From Bacteroidales bacterium (GTDB taxonomy: Bacteria; Bacteroidota; Bacteroidia; Bacteroidales; UBA12077), in the NCBI GenBank assembly GCA_036351015.1, contig JAZBOG010000034.1:21665-85664 (forward strand): a DNA stretch of 64,000 bases, written 5' to 3'. Shown here in pieces: positions 8,634 through 19,798 of this stretch (positions are counted from its first letter, which is position 1; every line of letters starts with the position of its first letter). The position numbers and the translations under genes are program-made. The notes beneath the pieces were generated by a model, which was not told the DNA's origin, made no database searches, and was given only the letters and a program-made list of their open reading frames with translations.

Positions 8634-8984
8634 ATGCGTAAACCCAAAATATTTAACATGCCTTTTGCCAGAATATATCCGTTGTATCTCCAAAAGGCAG
8701 AAAAGAAAGGACGTACCCGCCAGGAAGTAGATGCCATTATCTTCTGGTTAACGGGATACAACCAGGAAATGCTGCAACAACACCTGGCTAAAGAAAGTGA
8801 CCTGGAGACTTTTTTCGAACAGGCCCCGGCGATCAACCCCAATGTTTCAAAAATTACAGGCGTAATCTGCGGATACCGCGTAGAGGAAATTGAAGATGAG
8901 CTGATGCAGAAGATACGTTATTTGGATAAGCTGATTGATGAACTGGCCAGGGGGAAAGCCCTGGAAAAAATTTTAAGAAAGTAA
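8634..8984 (+). CDS. DUF2200 family protein
   Basis: 116 aa. The N-terminus [32 protein letters not shown] matches my recollection of the conserved DUF2200 core. This is recognised from memory, not searched. Confidence 0.7.
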   Translation: MRKPKIFNMPFARIYPLYLQKAEKKGRTRQEVDAIIFWLTGYNQEMLQQHLAKESDLETFFEQAPAINPNVSKITGVICGYRVEEIEDELMQKIRYLDKLIDELARGKALEKILRK

Positions 8985-9038
8985 GTCTGTGGTTGCTGAC
9001 CAGGAAGATGACCCTCAACAATTAAAGCTTTTAAAAAA

Positions 9039-9425
9039 ATGACAACAAATCAAAAAAAACGGTGGATTTTTCTGTATAGCAGCATAATCTCAGGAGTAGC
9101 CGGACTCCTCATCAAGCTTTTTTACCGTCCCTGGGTAAATCATCATCCGGTGAATGATTTTGGGTGGAGCGGGGTGGCACCCAACTTCCTGTTCTCTTTA
9201 GGGATCTGCCTGTTTATTGCCTTTGTTACCACCAAACGAACCCTTGAAAAGATGATCTTTGCCACCTGTGGCATCTTACTCTATGAAACAGAACAACTAT
9301 GGACCTACAGAACGTTTGACTTCGGAGATATTGCCGCCACGCTGTCCGGTCTTGGCCTGGCCATTCTCATCTACAAAAGAGCAGGGATCAAGGACAAGCC
9401 CCTGACCGAAAACGAAAAGGAATAA
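9039..9425 (+). CDS. Hypothetical 4-TM membrane protein
   Basis: 128-aa ORF with four hydrophobic segments. No family recognised. Confidence 0.55.
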   Translation: MTTNQKKRWIFLYSSIISGVAGLLIKLFYRPWVNHHPVNDFGWSGVAPNFLFSLGICLFIAFVTTKRTLEKMIFATCGILLYETEQLWTYRTFDFGDIAATLSGLGLAILIYKRAGIKDKPLTENEKE

Positions 9426-9581
9426 ATTAACGGTAAACCGGGAAGTACAACCGTACACATACCGGTGCATCGAGGGATGCCTTGCTGCATGGAAATCAAT
9501 GAGTTCGGTGCCCGATCCATTGTTATTCTCCCTGATTTTTTATACATTACCGGAAATTAACCCTAAAAAAATCCGGAAGTT

Positions 9582-9782
9582 ATGAAAAAAATTATTCTTG
9601 TATTGGCAGTGGCAACCCTGTTTATGGTGGGTTGTACCAGCGGAACCTCCAAAAAAGAGCCTGTCGGGCAACAAAAGACCGAAGCTGCTGAAGCAGACTC
9701 CATCACCCAAAAGATCGATCAAACCAAAAAAGATATTGAAGAATCGACCGAAGAGCTGGATGAACTTGTTAAAAACCTATAA
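9582..9782 (+). CDS. Small lipoprotein, hypothetical
   Basis: 66 aa. The lipobox LFMVGC follows a signal peptide, and the mature part is charged and helical. Confidence 0.5.
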   Translation: MKKIILVLAVATLFMVGCTSGTSKKEPVGQQKTEAAEADSITQKIDQTKKDIEESTEELDELVKNL

Positions 9783-9793
9783 AACCGAAAACG

Positions 9794-10423
9794 ATGAAAA
9801 CAAAAAAAATCTTAATTTGTGTATTTTCTCTTGCCTTCTTTATGACTAGCGGAATATCTGTAATCGAGGCACAGGAAGGCAAAGGAAAGAAAAAGGAAAA
9901 AACCGAACAAGCCGAGCAGGTTAAAGAAAAGAAAAAACAGGAAGCCAGAGAAATGGCCCGTGAAAAAGAGCAGGTTCAGGATGAAAAAAAAGGCAAACAG
10001 GACCAGGAAAAAGATAAACAAGACAAGGAAGGTAAAGCTTACGGTAAAGATAAAGGCGAAATGTCCGGCAAAGAATTTGGACAGCAGCGTGCCGGGGAAG
10101 CCCGAATGAACCGTGAACAAAAAAAACAGGAACTGCAGCAAACGGTTACTGAAAGTGAACAAAAACTGGAGAATGCCAAAACCAAAATTCAAACCGCCAA
10201 AGAAGATCTTGAAAAAGAAAAGCAGGAAGGAACAATAACCGAAGAGGTGTATCAGGAAAAAAATAAAAAAATTAAGGAAGCCGAAGAGAAGGTAAAAGAG
10301 CTGGAAACACAGATCCAGGAGGCTAAAAATGAGATCGAAATAGAAGAAATTGAAGAAAATGAGATCGAAGAAAAAACCCTGGAAGAAGAAAAATCAAAAA
10401 ATGTGGAACAAAAAAGACGTTAA
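9794..10423 (+). CDS. Secreted Lys/Glu-rich coiled-coil protein, hypothetical
   Basis: 209 aa with a signal peptide (MKTKKILICVFSLAFFMTSGISVIEAQE). The remaining ~180 aa is dominated by K, E and Q. Confidence 0.6.
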   Translation: MKTKKILICVFSLAFFMTSGISVIEAQEGKGKKKEKTEQAEQVKEKKKQEAREMAREKEQVQDEKKGKQDQEKDKQDKEGKAYGKDKGEMSGKEFGQQRAGEARMNREQKKQELQQTVTESEQKLENAKTKIQTAKEDLEKEKQEGTITEEVYQEKNKKIKEAEEKVKELETQIQEAKNEIEIEEIEENEIEEKTLEEEKSKNVEQKRR

Positions 10424-10451
10424 CAACCTGTTCGTTTAATATAGATTAAGA

Positions 10452-10487
10452 GGCAGTCGTAAAATTCTTTAAAGACTGCTTTTTTTA
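10452..10487 (+). terminator. Rho-independent terminator after 9794-10423
   Basis: GGCAGTC ... GACTGCT stem followed by TTTTTTT. Confidence 0.5.
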
Positions 10488-10849
10488 ATGAATAAACTAT
10501 AATTAAAACTTAATCCTCAGCATAGGAAGCCATAAAGTTTAAAGAGAAGAACCGGAGATGAGCATCCAGGAGACTAACCAGGTAATCAGGAAAATAACAA
10601 AAAAACATTACACTGTTTTTTAAAGCTGTTTTATCCTGGTACATATGATATTAACCATGGTGTATAAGAGTAAATCGTAACTCCACAAGGCATAACCGAA
10701 AAGAATGATGTCATTAATTAATAAATCAAAAAACACATAATCAAATAATTATACAGCATGGCGGGAAAGTGACGGGTGAAGTTCCTGCTCATTTTTTGGA
10801 TAATCTAACACCTATCCTTAAAATTGTCTAACCATTAAAAATTAAACCG

Positions 10850-11704
10850 ATGAAACAACCAGCATTAGGAAAAAAAATCTCCGAGTTAAGGATAGCAAGA
10901 GGCTTCACGCAGGAAGATCTTGTTGAGAGATGCAACATTAGTGTAAGAACTATTCAACGAATTGAAGCCGGAGAAGTAACCCCGAGAAGCTATACCATTA
11001 AAACAATTTTAGCTGCATTGGATTATGACTTTAGTATAATTTCTGATGACAAAAACAACATCATGGATAAATTCATTGAATGGATAAAACGGTTGATGCT
11101 AATCGATATGGATATGGATAAACCTTCTGGTTTTCTGATCAAGCAACTTAACATAGCCTGGATCCTTGGAATCTTTTATTTTATGATTGGTTTTTTTGAA
11201 GGAGCAGCAGACCATTTCCTATATACAGAAGGTAGAATGATATTCAACAGTGGTTTATATATCGCTATTAAATTGATCTCAATAATCACCTTCGTTTTTT
11301 TCCAGCGTGGATTTGTTATGATCGGAGGCTTGTTTAAAAATTACCTGCTAAAAATCATGTCTTCGATCCTGATTATTGCAATAATACTGCTAAATACCTA
11401 TGATATCATTTCCATATTTTATGACTCGGTAGAGGCAGAATTTATAGCAGGAGCATCAGCCATTACTTTTGGGATTATTGGAATTATTTATGGAGTTTCG
11501 TTATTCAGGTTAGCAAAATCAGCAGGCAGAGTATCGACATATGCTGGGCTATTAGAAATAATTGCCGGATGTTTTTTATTAACTTTAATACTGGCCTTTG
11601 TCGGACTCATCATCTATATTCCGGCAACACTTTTAGAAATCATTATTATTTTTAAGGTAATTGAAATCATAAAGGCCAAACAAACAGAAAATAATGTTTC
11701 ATAA
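10850..11704 (+). CDS. Membrane-tethered XRE-family helix-turn-helix protein
   Basis: 284 aa. The N-terminal HTH_3 reads LGKKISELRIARGFTQEDLVERCNISVRTIQRIEAGEVTP. It is followed by about five TM segments. Confidence 0.8.
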   Translation: MKQPALGKKISELRIARGFTQEDLVERCNISVRTIQRIEAGEVTPRSYTIKTILAALDYDFSIISDDKNNIMDKFIEWIKRLMLIDMDMDKPSGFLIKQLNIAWILGIFYFMIGFFEGAADHFLYTEGRMIFNSGLYIAIKLISIITFVFFQRGFVMIGGLFKNYLLKIMSSILIIAIILLNTYDIISIFYDSVEAEFIAGASAITFGIIGIIYGVSLFRLAKSAGRVSTYAGLLEIIAGCFLLTLILAFVGLIIYIPATLLEIIIIFKVIEIIKAKQTENNVS

Positions 11705-11825
11705 TACCATTCCAATAAGTTTTTTAGTTTATGGTTAATTTTATATAAATTCGTATTGATTTTGCTACAGAACGTACAGTCAATCCTTACTAAGTTATTA
11801 GCAAGTCTGTGACAGCTTAAAAAAC

Positions 11826-12710
11826 ATGAAACAGATATTAGTAACCGGAGCAACCGGAAATATTGGATTTGCGACCATAAAATATTTTATCGAACAGGAT
11901 TCCCCCGGCAAGATCATTGCCGGGGTTCGCGACATCCGTAAAGCCAGAAAAATATTTAAAGATTTCCCATCCCTCGAATATGTACCTTTTGACTTTAATG
12001 ACACAGAAACCTTTGAGCCTGCAATAGAACGTATTGATACAATGTTTCTATTAAGACCACCCCATCTTTCTGAGGTAGAAAAGTATTTCAAGCCCTTAAT
12101 CAGCAGGCTAAAAGAAAAAAAAGTGAAAGAAATTATCTTTCTTTCAGTACAGGGAGCCGAAAAAAGCAGGATCATCCCACATCACAAAATCGAAAAACTG
12201 ATCCGGGAGCATGCGCTGGATTATATTTTTCTAAGGCCGGGATACTTTATGCAAAACCTTACCACTACCCTGCTGGAGGATATTCAAACGAACAGAAAAA
12301 TTACTTTGCCTGCAGGCAGGGCAAAATTTAACTGGATAGATATTGAAAATATCGGTGAAACCTGTGCCATCCTGCTCCATCGTTTTTCGGATTTTAAAAA
12401 CCAGGCCATTGAAATTACCGGATATGAAAATAAAAATTTCTATCAGGTTGTCCGGATAATCAATAGTATCATTAACAATCCAATACAGTACCAAAATGTT
12501 AATCCCTTAAAATTTTACCGGATGAAAAAAAGGTCAGGAATGCCTCAGGGGATGATTATTGTAATGTTTTTACTTCACTTTATTCCTGGATTTCAGAAAG
12601 AACCAGAAATTTCTTACTTTTACGAACAATTAACCGGCAAAAAACCTACCGGATTAAAGCAATTTATCGAACGAGAGAGAGAAAAATTTGAAACTAAAAC
12701 TCCAACCTAA
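11826..12710 (+). CDS. NmrA-like / NAD(P)H-binding atypical SDR protein
   Basis: 294 aa with the glycine motif ILVTGATGNIGFA. It is a second NmrA-like protein alongside 5748-6581. Confidence 0.8.
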   Translation: MKQILVTGATGNIGFATIKYFIEQDSPGKIIAGVRDIRKARKIFKDFPSLEYVPFDFNDTETFEPAIERIDTMFLLRPPHLSEVEKYFKPLISRLKEKKVKEIIFLSVQGAEKSRIIPHHKIEKLIREHALDYIFLRPGYFMQNLTTTLLEDIQTNRKITLPAGRAKFNWIDIENIGETCAILLHRFSDFKNQAIEITGYENKNFYQVVRIINSIINNPIQYQNVNPLKFYRMKKRSGMPQGMIIVMFLLHFIPGFQKEPEISYFYEQLTGKKPTGLKQFIEREREKFETKTPT

Positions 12711-12729
12711 ACCAACAAATGCAGGGCTT

Positions 12730-13191
12730 ATGATCATCAAAAATAAACTGGACCACTCATTTGGTCCTGCAGGAACTTCGGCAGGCATAGTGCTGTTTGT
12801 TGCCGGCACAGGCATCACTCTTTTCTATTCCCCTTTCGGAATAATTCTACTGGTGATTGGAGCTTTTGTGGGATTTAGCCACTCATGCACATGGGTAGAC
12901 CTTACCCGGCGAAGGGTAAAATTCTCCAACCATCTGTTCGGATTTGTACCCACCGGCAAGTGGCTCCCCCTCGAAGACGGGATGAAACTGGGCATCAAAA
13001 GATCGAACCGGTCGTGGCGGGCATACAGCAGGAGTAACCGTGCGCTGGATACCACAGAAAATGATTACCGGATGATGCTTTTCGATAAAAACGGCAAGGA
13101 GATAGTGCCCATTAAAAAATATCCGACCCTTAAAGCTGCTAAAGCAGATTTGGAAGAGTTGAGCAATGAATTGGAATTAAAAACCATGTAA
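12730..13191 (+). CDS. Hypothetical 2-TM membrane protein
   Basis: The track ORF starts at a TTG at 12688, which overlaps the upstream gene. The ATG at 12730 (MIIKNKL) is more plausible. It has two TM helices followed by a basic soluble tail. Confidence 0.5.
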   Translation: MIIKNKLDHSFGPAGTSAGIVLFVAGTGITLFYSPFGIILLVIGAFVGFSHSCTWVDLTRRRVKFSNHLFGFVPTGKWLPLEDGMKLGIKRSNRSWRAYSRSNRALDTTENDYRMMLFDKNGKEIVPIKKYPTLKAAKADLEELSNELELKTM

Positions 13192-13203
13192 AAACTCAAA
13201 AGA

Positions 13204-14019
13204 CTACTCTTGTTCTTCGATCCCGACTTCGGTTAATTTTACTTTTTGGTAATCGGCAGGGGGAATAAATTCTGAGGGTTCCAGGCTTTTTCTTTCAAGG
13301 TTTGTTACCTCGCTTATGGATTCGTAGCCACCATGGTAGCTGACCGATTTCAGGGGAAATCCCAAGAGGGCAAATTCCAGGTACTGTTCATCGTTCTGAT
13401 AATAAGCACCGGTTCCGGCCTGGCTGACAAAATCGCCGAAGAGGGCATAAAACTTCCGGATATCAAATTCCTTATGGGCACGATTGGACTCGGATAACCA
13501 GGCTTCTTCCTTTATTTGCCGGTTCACCGTCACCTCATATTTAACGGCCTGGTATCCTGCAACCCGTTCTTTTTCTTCTGTTCTGGTAATCAGAAGCTGG
13601 TAGTCATCGGGTACTTCGCCGGCAAACTTAGAGGGATCATCTACCCCCTCCATCATGCCCTGGTACATATTCCGGATCATCTGTTTCTGGCCTTCGGGAG
13701 CATTTTTCAGCTGTTCTTCCATGGCCGACTGCATTGCTTTCTTAATGTCGGTTTTATAATCTTCAAGGGTCCCCTTCCAGTACACCTTTTTTACAGGATT
13801 CATCAGGGTAATCGTTTCATCGTTCAGGTTAAAAACCGTAACCATATCCTCGCGGACAATTTTCATCCTGTTTTCCTGAAGGTAAACCTTTTCCTTCAGG
13901 GCAGATTCTTTGCCCTGGTCAGAATCGTAGCTCTCCTGGGTAATTACCCAGCCTGCAAAGGTCGAAATATTCAGCAATGAAAAAAAAGAGAGTGTAATAA
14001 AAATTTTTAAGCTTTTCAT
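13204..14019 (-). CDS. Secreted hypothetical protein (possibly DUF4412-like)
   Basis: The track ORF begins at a GTG at 14148. The internal MKSLKIFITLSFFSLLNISTFA, about 14019, is a clear signal peptide. The family assignment is tentative. Confidence 0.5.
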   Translation of the reverse strand: MKSLKIFITLSFFSLLNISTFAGWVITQESYDSDQGKESALKEKVYLQENRMKIVREDMVTVFNLNDETITLMNPVKKVYWKGTLEDYKTDIKKAMQSAMEEQLKNAPEGQKQMIRNMYQGMMEGVDDPSKFAGEVPDDYQLLITRTEEKERVAGYQAVKYEVTVNRQIKEEAWLSESNRAHKEFDIRKFYALFGDFVSQAGTGAYYQNDEQYLEFALLGFPLKSVSYHGGYESISEVTNLERKSLEPSEFIPPADYQKVKLTEVGIEEQE

Positions 14020-14160
14020 AGAATTTATTTTTCCATTATCCTTCCAAAAACATACCAAACTATTGGTCCATGTTCCAAAAGAATCAAAAATACGAATAAA
14101 CGTCAATTTGTAGTCAGAATAACCACTTTTTTTAACAGAAACTTCCACAAAGCCACAGGG

Positions 14161-14201
14161 TTCAATAATAAAACCCTTTGCAGCAGCAGCTGCAAAGGGT
14201 T
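14161..14201 (-). terminator. Terminator downstream of groEL
   Basis: AACCCTTTGCAGC/GCTGCAAAGGGTT forms a 13-bp stem. On the minus strand it is followed by TTTATTATT. Confidence 0.55.
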
Positions 14202-14255
14202 GACGTTATTGTTAAGATTCCTGCAAATGGATTGCAGGTTGACGATTGATGCTTT

Positions 14256-15905
<1,650 letters not shown>

Positions 15906-15928
15906 TTAATGAATTACTTAATTTAATT

Positions 15929-16207
15929 TTACTCTTTTAATAAAATGTCATCTTCGCGCATAATCAAATAATCCGTTCCATCAATGGTGATTTCTGTTCC
16001 GGAATATTTACCATAAATTACCACATCGCCTGCTTTTAAGGACATCGGTTCATCCTTTTTTCCTTCGCCAACGGCGATAACAGTACCTTTTTGTGGTTTT
16101 TCTTTTGCTGAATCGGGAATGATGATTCCACTTGCAGTCTTCTCTTCAGCCTCATGAGGCTCAACCAAAACTCTGTCTTTTAATGGTTTATACTTAAATT
16201 CTGACAT
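15929..16207 (-). CDS. groES: Co-chaperonin GroES
   Basis: 92 aa, sequence [11 protein letters not shown]...[21 protein letters not shown], immediately upstream of groEL. Confidence 0.97.
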   Translation of the reverse strand: MSEFKYKPLKDRVLVEPHEAEEKTASGIIIPDSAKEKPQKGTVIAVGEGKKDEPMSLKAGDVVIYGKYSGTEITIDGTDYLIMREDDILLKE

Positions 16208-16400
16208 CTTTTTTAATTATTTAATGGTTTAACTTATTTTTATTTTCACGATATGCATTCATTCATATTTTATGCCAAATGCGGTTTATGGCTTTAGGCT
16301 GTCATTTTGGGAGTCCCCTGAAAGATATGAGCCCTTAAAAAAAAATCTTAAATCCCTGGTTTTCTATTCATTAAAAAACACCAACGTTTTCGGCAGGGAA

Positions 16401-16438
16401 TAAAAAAGGTGTCAGCCTTTCTGACAGACTGACACCTT
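16401..16438 (-). terminator. Rho-independent terminator after secG
   Basis: On the minus strand AAGGTGTCAG ... CTGACACCTT is followed by TTTTTT. Confidence 0.6.
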
Positions 16439-16460
16439 ACCATATATTTTAAGAAAATTT

Positions 16461-16808
16461 TTATTCTTCTTCTCCGTTTCCGGGAGCCTCTTCTTCAGGT
16501 ACAGATGTTGGAAATTGCGGCATCTGTGTCGGATCAACGGCATTATCTACCTGTTGTTCAATTCTGGACCGTTGTTCAGTAGTACCCCGGGGAATCGTCA
16601 TGCTGGCCAAAACACTTAATATTAAAAGGCTAACCGCAAGTGTCCAGGTGGCTTTTTCCAGAAAATCGGCTGTTTTCTTTACCCCCATCACCTGGTTTGA
16701 TGATGAAAAGTTTGATGCCAGACCTCCTCCTTTCGAGTTCTGAACCAATACAATTAAGATTAGTAATATACTCGCAATAATGATTAAAACTGAAATCAAG
16801 GTATACAT
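16461..16808 (-). CDS. secG: Preprotein translocase subunit SecG
   Basis: 115 aa with the typical SecG N-terminus LILIVLVQNSKGGGLASNF and a second TM segment. Confidence 0.85.
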   Translation of the reverse strand: MYTLISVLIIIASILLILIVLVQNSKGGGLASNFSSSNQVMGVKKTADFLEKATWTLAVSLLILSVLASMTIPRGTTEQRSRIEQQVDNAVDPTQMPQFPTSVPEEEAPGNGEEE

Positions 16809-16821
16809 ATTCTTTAGGTAT

Positions 16822-17874
16822 TTATGAATTTAATTTTTCTTTTAATTTTTTAATTTGATCTGCAAAGTAACTACTTTTTTCCGGATATTTCAAACTTAAT
16901 TTGTGATAAGATTCAATTGCCTTCTCCAGATAACCTTGTGCAATATACACTTTTATTAACGTTTCGGTTAATAAATCATCATTTTCTCTGGTGCTGTCCT
17001 CAGAAATATCTTGCTGATCATCAGGAACCTCCCTGGGTTCGATGCGGGGCTTTTCGGAGATAAACCGGGCAATCAGGTCATGATCCCCCGAATTTTCAAT
17101 CACATCCTCGTCTGCATACTGATTGATATCAAAATATTCGGGGCTCTCCTTGTTCTTTTTTTCTGCGGGCGACTGGTTTTCCTTGTTGTCAACATTCTTT
17201 TTCCCGGGCGGTTGCTGATCTTCTGCCTCTGAAATATCTTCTGATTCGTCAATCTGGAAAATATCGTTCTTTAAGGATTCGGAAATCCTGCCCGGGCGGG
17301 CATCAATGGTGATAATATTATTTTTCCCGGTTCGTTCATCGTCAATAAAATAAATTTCGGGAGGATAACGTAACTGATCGTCTTCCTTAACCTGTGAAAA
17401 TTCTATCTGGCTAAGGATGGTCTCTGAAATATTTTCTCCCATTCCCTCGATACTATCCTTTATTTTTCGACGTACATTTTTATTTTTTAATAATTTTTCA
17501 TCAGACGGGTCCGGGGTGGTTTCCTTTTGGGGGGATGGAGTTGTGCTATGATCCTGACCACCAGGCTGCTGAGTATCCTCCTCGGCATTTGTAACGGATT
17601 CCTTTAAATCTTCAGCAGCGGTTTGAGTGTCAGCACCGGAGGATTCCCGGTTCAGCAGATAATATAAGAATTCCCTGTGAGGTACATGAATGGAGGAAAA
17701 CGATAGCTGCTGGTCGTACCCGGAATTCTTCTGAAGCTTCATGGCCCTCAGGATCAACACATGTGCCGCCTGAAAATAGGGATACTCCTTCAGGATTTTT
17801 TGCAGGTCACTTATTTCGACCTCTTCAAGTTTTTCCGGATGATCAATTGCTGTAAAAAAATCTAAATGCTCCAT
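16822..17874 (-). CDS. Hypothetical acidic protein with a short TPR-like C-terminus
   Basis: 350 aa. The central region is long, disordered and rich in D, E, S and P. The C-terminus reads YIAQGYLEKAIESYHKLSLKYPEKSSYF. Confidence 0.6.
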   Translation of the reverse strand: MEHLDFFTAIDHPEKLEEVEISDLQKILKEYPYFQAAHVLILRAMKLQKNSGYDQQLSFSSIHVPHREFLYYLLNRESSGADTQTAAEDLKESVTNAEEDTQQPGGQDHSTTPSPQKETTPDPSDEKLLKNKNVRRKIKDSIEGMGENISETILSQIEFSQVKEDDQLRYPPEIYFIDDERTGKNNIITIDARPGRISESLKNDIFQIDESEDISEAEDQQPPGKKNVDNKENQSPAEKKNKESPEYFDINQYADEDVIENSGDHDLIARFISEKPRIEPREVPDDQQDISEDSTRENDDLLTETLIKVYIAQGYLEKAIESYHKLSLKYPEKSSYFADQIKKLKEKLNS

Positions 17875-17885
17875 TCATTCCTCCC

Positions 17886-18401
17886 TTACCAGTTTACAAC
17901 CGATTTGTTGAATATATCATCAATAAGCTGTTCCACAATTTCTTCCACCAACTCCTGCTCAACTTGTGCAAGGTCCAGGTTACTGTCATAATCGGCATAG
18001 CGGGTAAAATCCGTATCAAAATTATATTCAGGTTCTATCTCGTTGGTAAATTTCACATGTACGGTAACCGAAAGCCGGTTTTGAGCTGCAGTTTCGTCAC
18101 CCACAATAGCCATTGGCCGGGTATCATAGGATGTAATTTCACCCTCAAAATTTAAATGCCCCATCCCATTGATCAGTGTTAATGAGGTTTGCGATTTGAA
18201 CTTATCCTTTAATTCGTCGGTAATATACTGGCCAATGTTTGCCATGGCAAGAGGTGCCCGGTTGGAAAAGTACTGTACCGATACGGTTTTCACCTCAGGA
18301 GCAATAGATGCTCCCGACAATGAATAATTCACCGTGCAGGATGGCATGATGGTCATATAAAGTGCCAGGATAAAAAATATAATTTTAATTCTTGTACTCA
18401 T
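17886..18401 (-). CDS. lptE: LptE-like LPS-assembly lipoprotein
   Basis: 171 aa with a lipobox-like MPSC after the signal peptide. Its size and position between a sigma-54 activator and secG match the Bacteroidota lptE locus. This is a synteny-based call. Confidence 0.55.
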   Translation of the reverse strand: MSTRIKIIFFILALYMTIMPSCTVNYSLSGASIAPEVKTVSVQYFSNRAPLAMANIGQYITDELKDKFKSQTSLTLINGMGHLNFEGEITSYDTRPMAIVGDETAAQNRLSVTVHVKFTNEIEPEYNFDTDFTRYADYDSNLDLAQVEQELVEEIVEQLIDDIFNKSVVNW

Positions 18402-18412
18402 TCACCTCGTTT

Positions 18413-19642
18413 TTAAATATTATGTTCTTTAATTTTCCGGTAAAGGGTTCGTTCAGAAATTCCCAACTCCTGGGCAGCATATTTCCGTTTGCCATGATGC
18501 TTTTCCAGGGCCTTCCTGATCAACTCAATCTCCTTATCTTCAAGAGACAGCGACTCCTCGACAAACTCCTCGGTATCTTCAATGTGGGAATCATCATTTT
18601 TACCATATTCATTCGTTTGCTGATCCATGGTATTAATTATTGACGAGGTTTCCTGGTTATAATTCCGGATCAGCTGATCAGCATGCTTCAGTTCCCCCAT
18701 ATCATTCCCTTTATCAATAATCTCATGAACCAACTTTTTCAGATTATTCAGGTCCGACTTCATGTCAAACAGGATCTTGTAAAGAATTTCCCTTTCGGAG
18801 GCAAATGTTTTTTCATCAATCAAATCACTTTTATTATAAAGCGCAGGTAATTTATTGGGATAGTAATCGGGCAGGTATCTTTTCAGCACTTCGGCCGGAA
18901 TGATCCGTTCCTGTTCGATCACCGACAACTGTTCAGTAATATTTTTTAACTGCCTGACATTGCCGGGCCATTCATAATTTTCGAGTATTGCTTTGGCTTC
19001 TGCATCGAGGCTTATTTGGGGCATTCGGTAACGTTCGGCAAAATCAGTAGCAAATTTCCGGAATAACAAATAGATATCATCGCCTCGTTCGCGCAAAGGG
19101 GGAATAATGATCGGAACGGTATTTAACCGGTAATAAAGATCCTCGCGGAATTTATTTTCTTCGATGGCATGCACCAGATCCACATTCGTGGCCGCAATCA
19201 CGCGGACATTTGTTTTTTGCACTTTCGATGAACCAACGCGGAGAAACTCTCCACTTTCAAGGACCCTCAGCAATCTTACCTGGGTAGCCAGGGGCAATTC
19301 AGCGACTTCGTCAAGGAAAATGGTTCCATTGTTGGCCACTTCAAAATATCCTTTACGGGTATCGTGTGCCCCGGTAAAGGAACCCTTTTCATGTCCAAAA
19401 AGCTCCGAGTCGATTGTTCCTTCAGGGATAGCACCACAGTTTACCGGAATATATTTTCCATGTTTCCGTGCACTGAAATGATGAATGATCTGAGGAAAAG
19501 CCTCTTTTCCCGTACCGCTTTCCCCGGTGATCAATACCGAAAGATCGGTAGGTGCAACCTGGGCAGCAATATCAATAGCCCGGTTCAGATTCACCGAGTT
19601 TCCTATGATCCCAAATCGTTGCTTGATTTTCTGAATATCCAT
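18413..19642 (-). CDS. Sigma-54-dependent transcriptional activator lacking an N-terminal sensory or receiver domain
   Basis: 409 aa. It has Walker A GESGTGKE, Walker B TIFLDEV, a GSFTGA variant of the GAFTGA loop, and a C-terminal Fis-type HTH (AAQELGISERTLYRKIKEH). Confidence 0.9.
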   Translation of the reverse strand: MDIQKIKQRFGIIGNSVNLNRAIDIAAQVAPTDLSVLITGESGTGKEAFPQIIHHFSARKHGKYIPVNCGAIPEGTIDSELFGHEKGSFTGAHDTRKGYFEVANNGTIFLDEVAELPLATQVRLLRVLESGEFLRVGSSKVQKTNVRVIAATNVDLVHAIEENKFREDLYYRLNTVPIIIPPLRERGDDIYLLFRKFATDFAERYRMPQISLDAEAKAILENYEWPGNVRQLKNITEQLSVIEQERIIPAEVLKRYLPDYYPNKLPALYNKSDLIDEKTFASEREILYKILFDMKSDLNNLKKLVHEIIDKGNDMGELKHADQLIRNYNQETSSIINTMDQQTNEYGKNDDSHIEDTEEFVEESLSLEDKEIELIRKALEKHHGKRKYAAQELGISERTLYRKIKEHNI

Positions 19643-19798
19643 TCCGATAAAAATTTTACCTTACATTTTACTATGACAAAATTACAATTTTATCTCTGTT
19701 TTTATTTATTTTTAATCAATAATTCACGAAAATTTGCTGTCATTACGTCATAATATATACATTTGTAGTTAAAAGTGAAAACGAATACGGTATCCCTG

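Noticed and set aside
8432-8641. 69-aa plus-strand ORF in the DUF2200 leader
   Set aside because: It has no signal, TM or family features. It coincides exactly with the GC-rich hairpin-forming block and runs into the DUF2200 start. It is treated as non-coding, though this remains unproven.
9812-10192. 126-aa antisense ORF and GAA/AAA-rich nucleotide repetition; checked as a possible tandem-repeat or CRISPR-like array
   Set aside because: The repetition is codon-level low complexity of a K/E-rich gene, with no fixed-length repeat/spacer periodicity. The antisense ORF is a poly-F/L shadow.
16208-16460. Searched the groES upstream region for a CIRCE/HrcA operator (TTAGCACTC-N9-GAGTGCTAA)
   Set aside because: No match was seen. 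Only the secG terminator hairpin and AT-rich sequence are present.
18865-18875. Exact 11-mer AATCGGGCAGG, the head of the fic-flanking element, inside the sigma-54 activator gene
   Set aside because: It is an isolated match within a conserved coding sequence, with none of the following blocks. I consider it chance.
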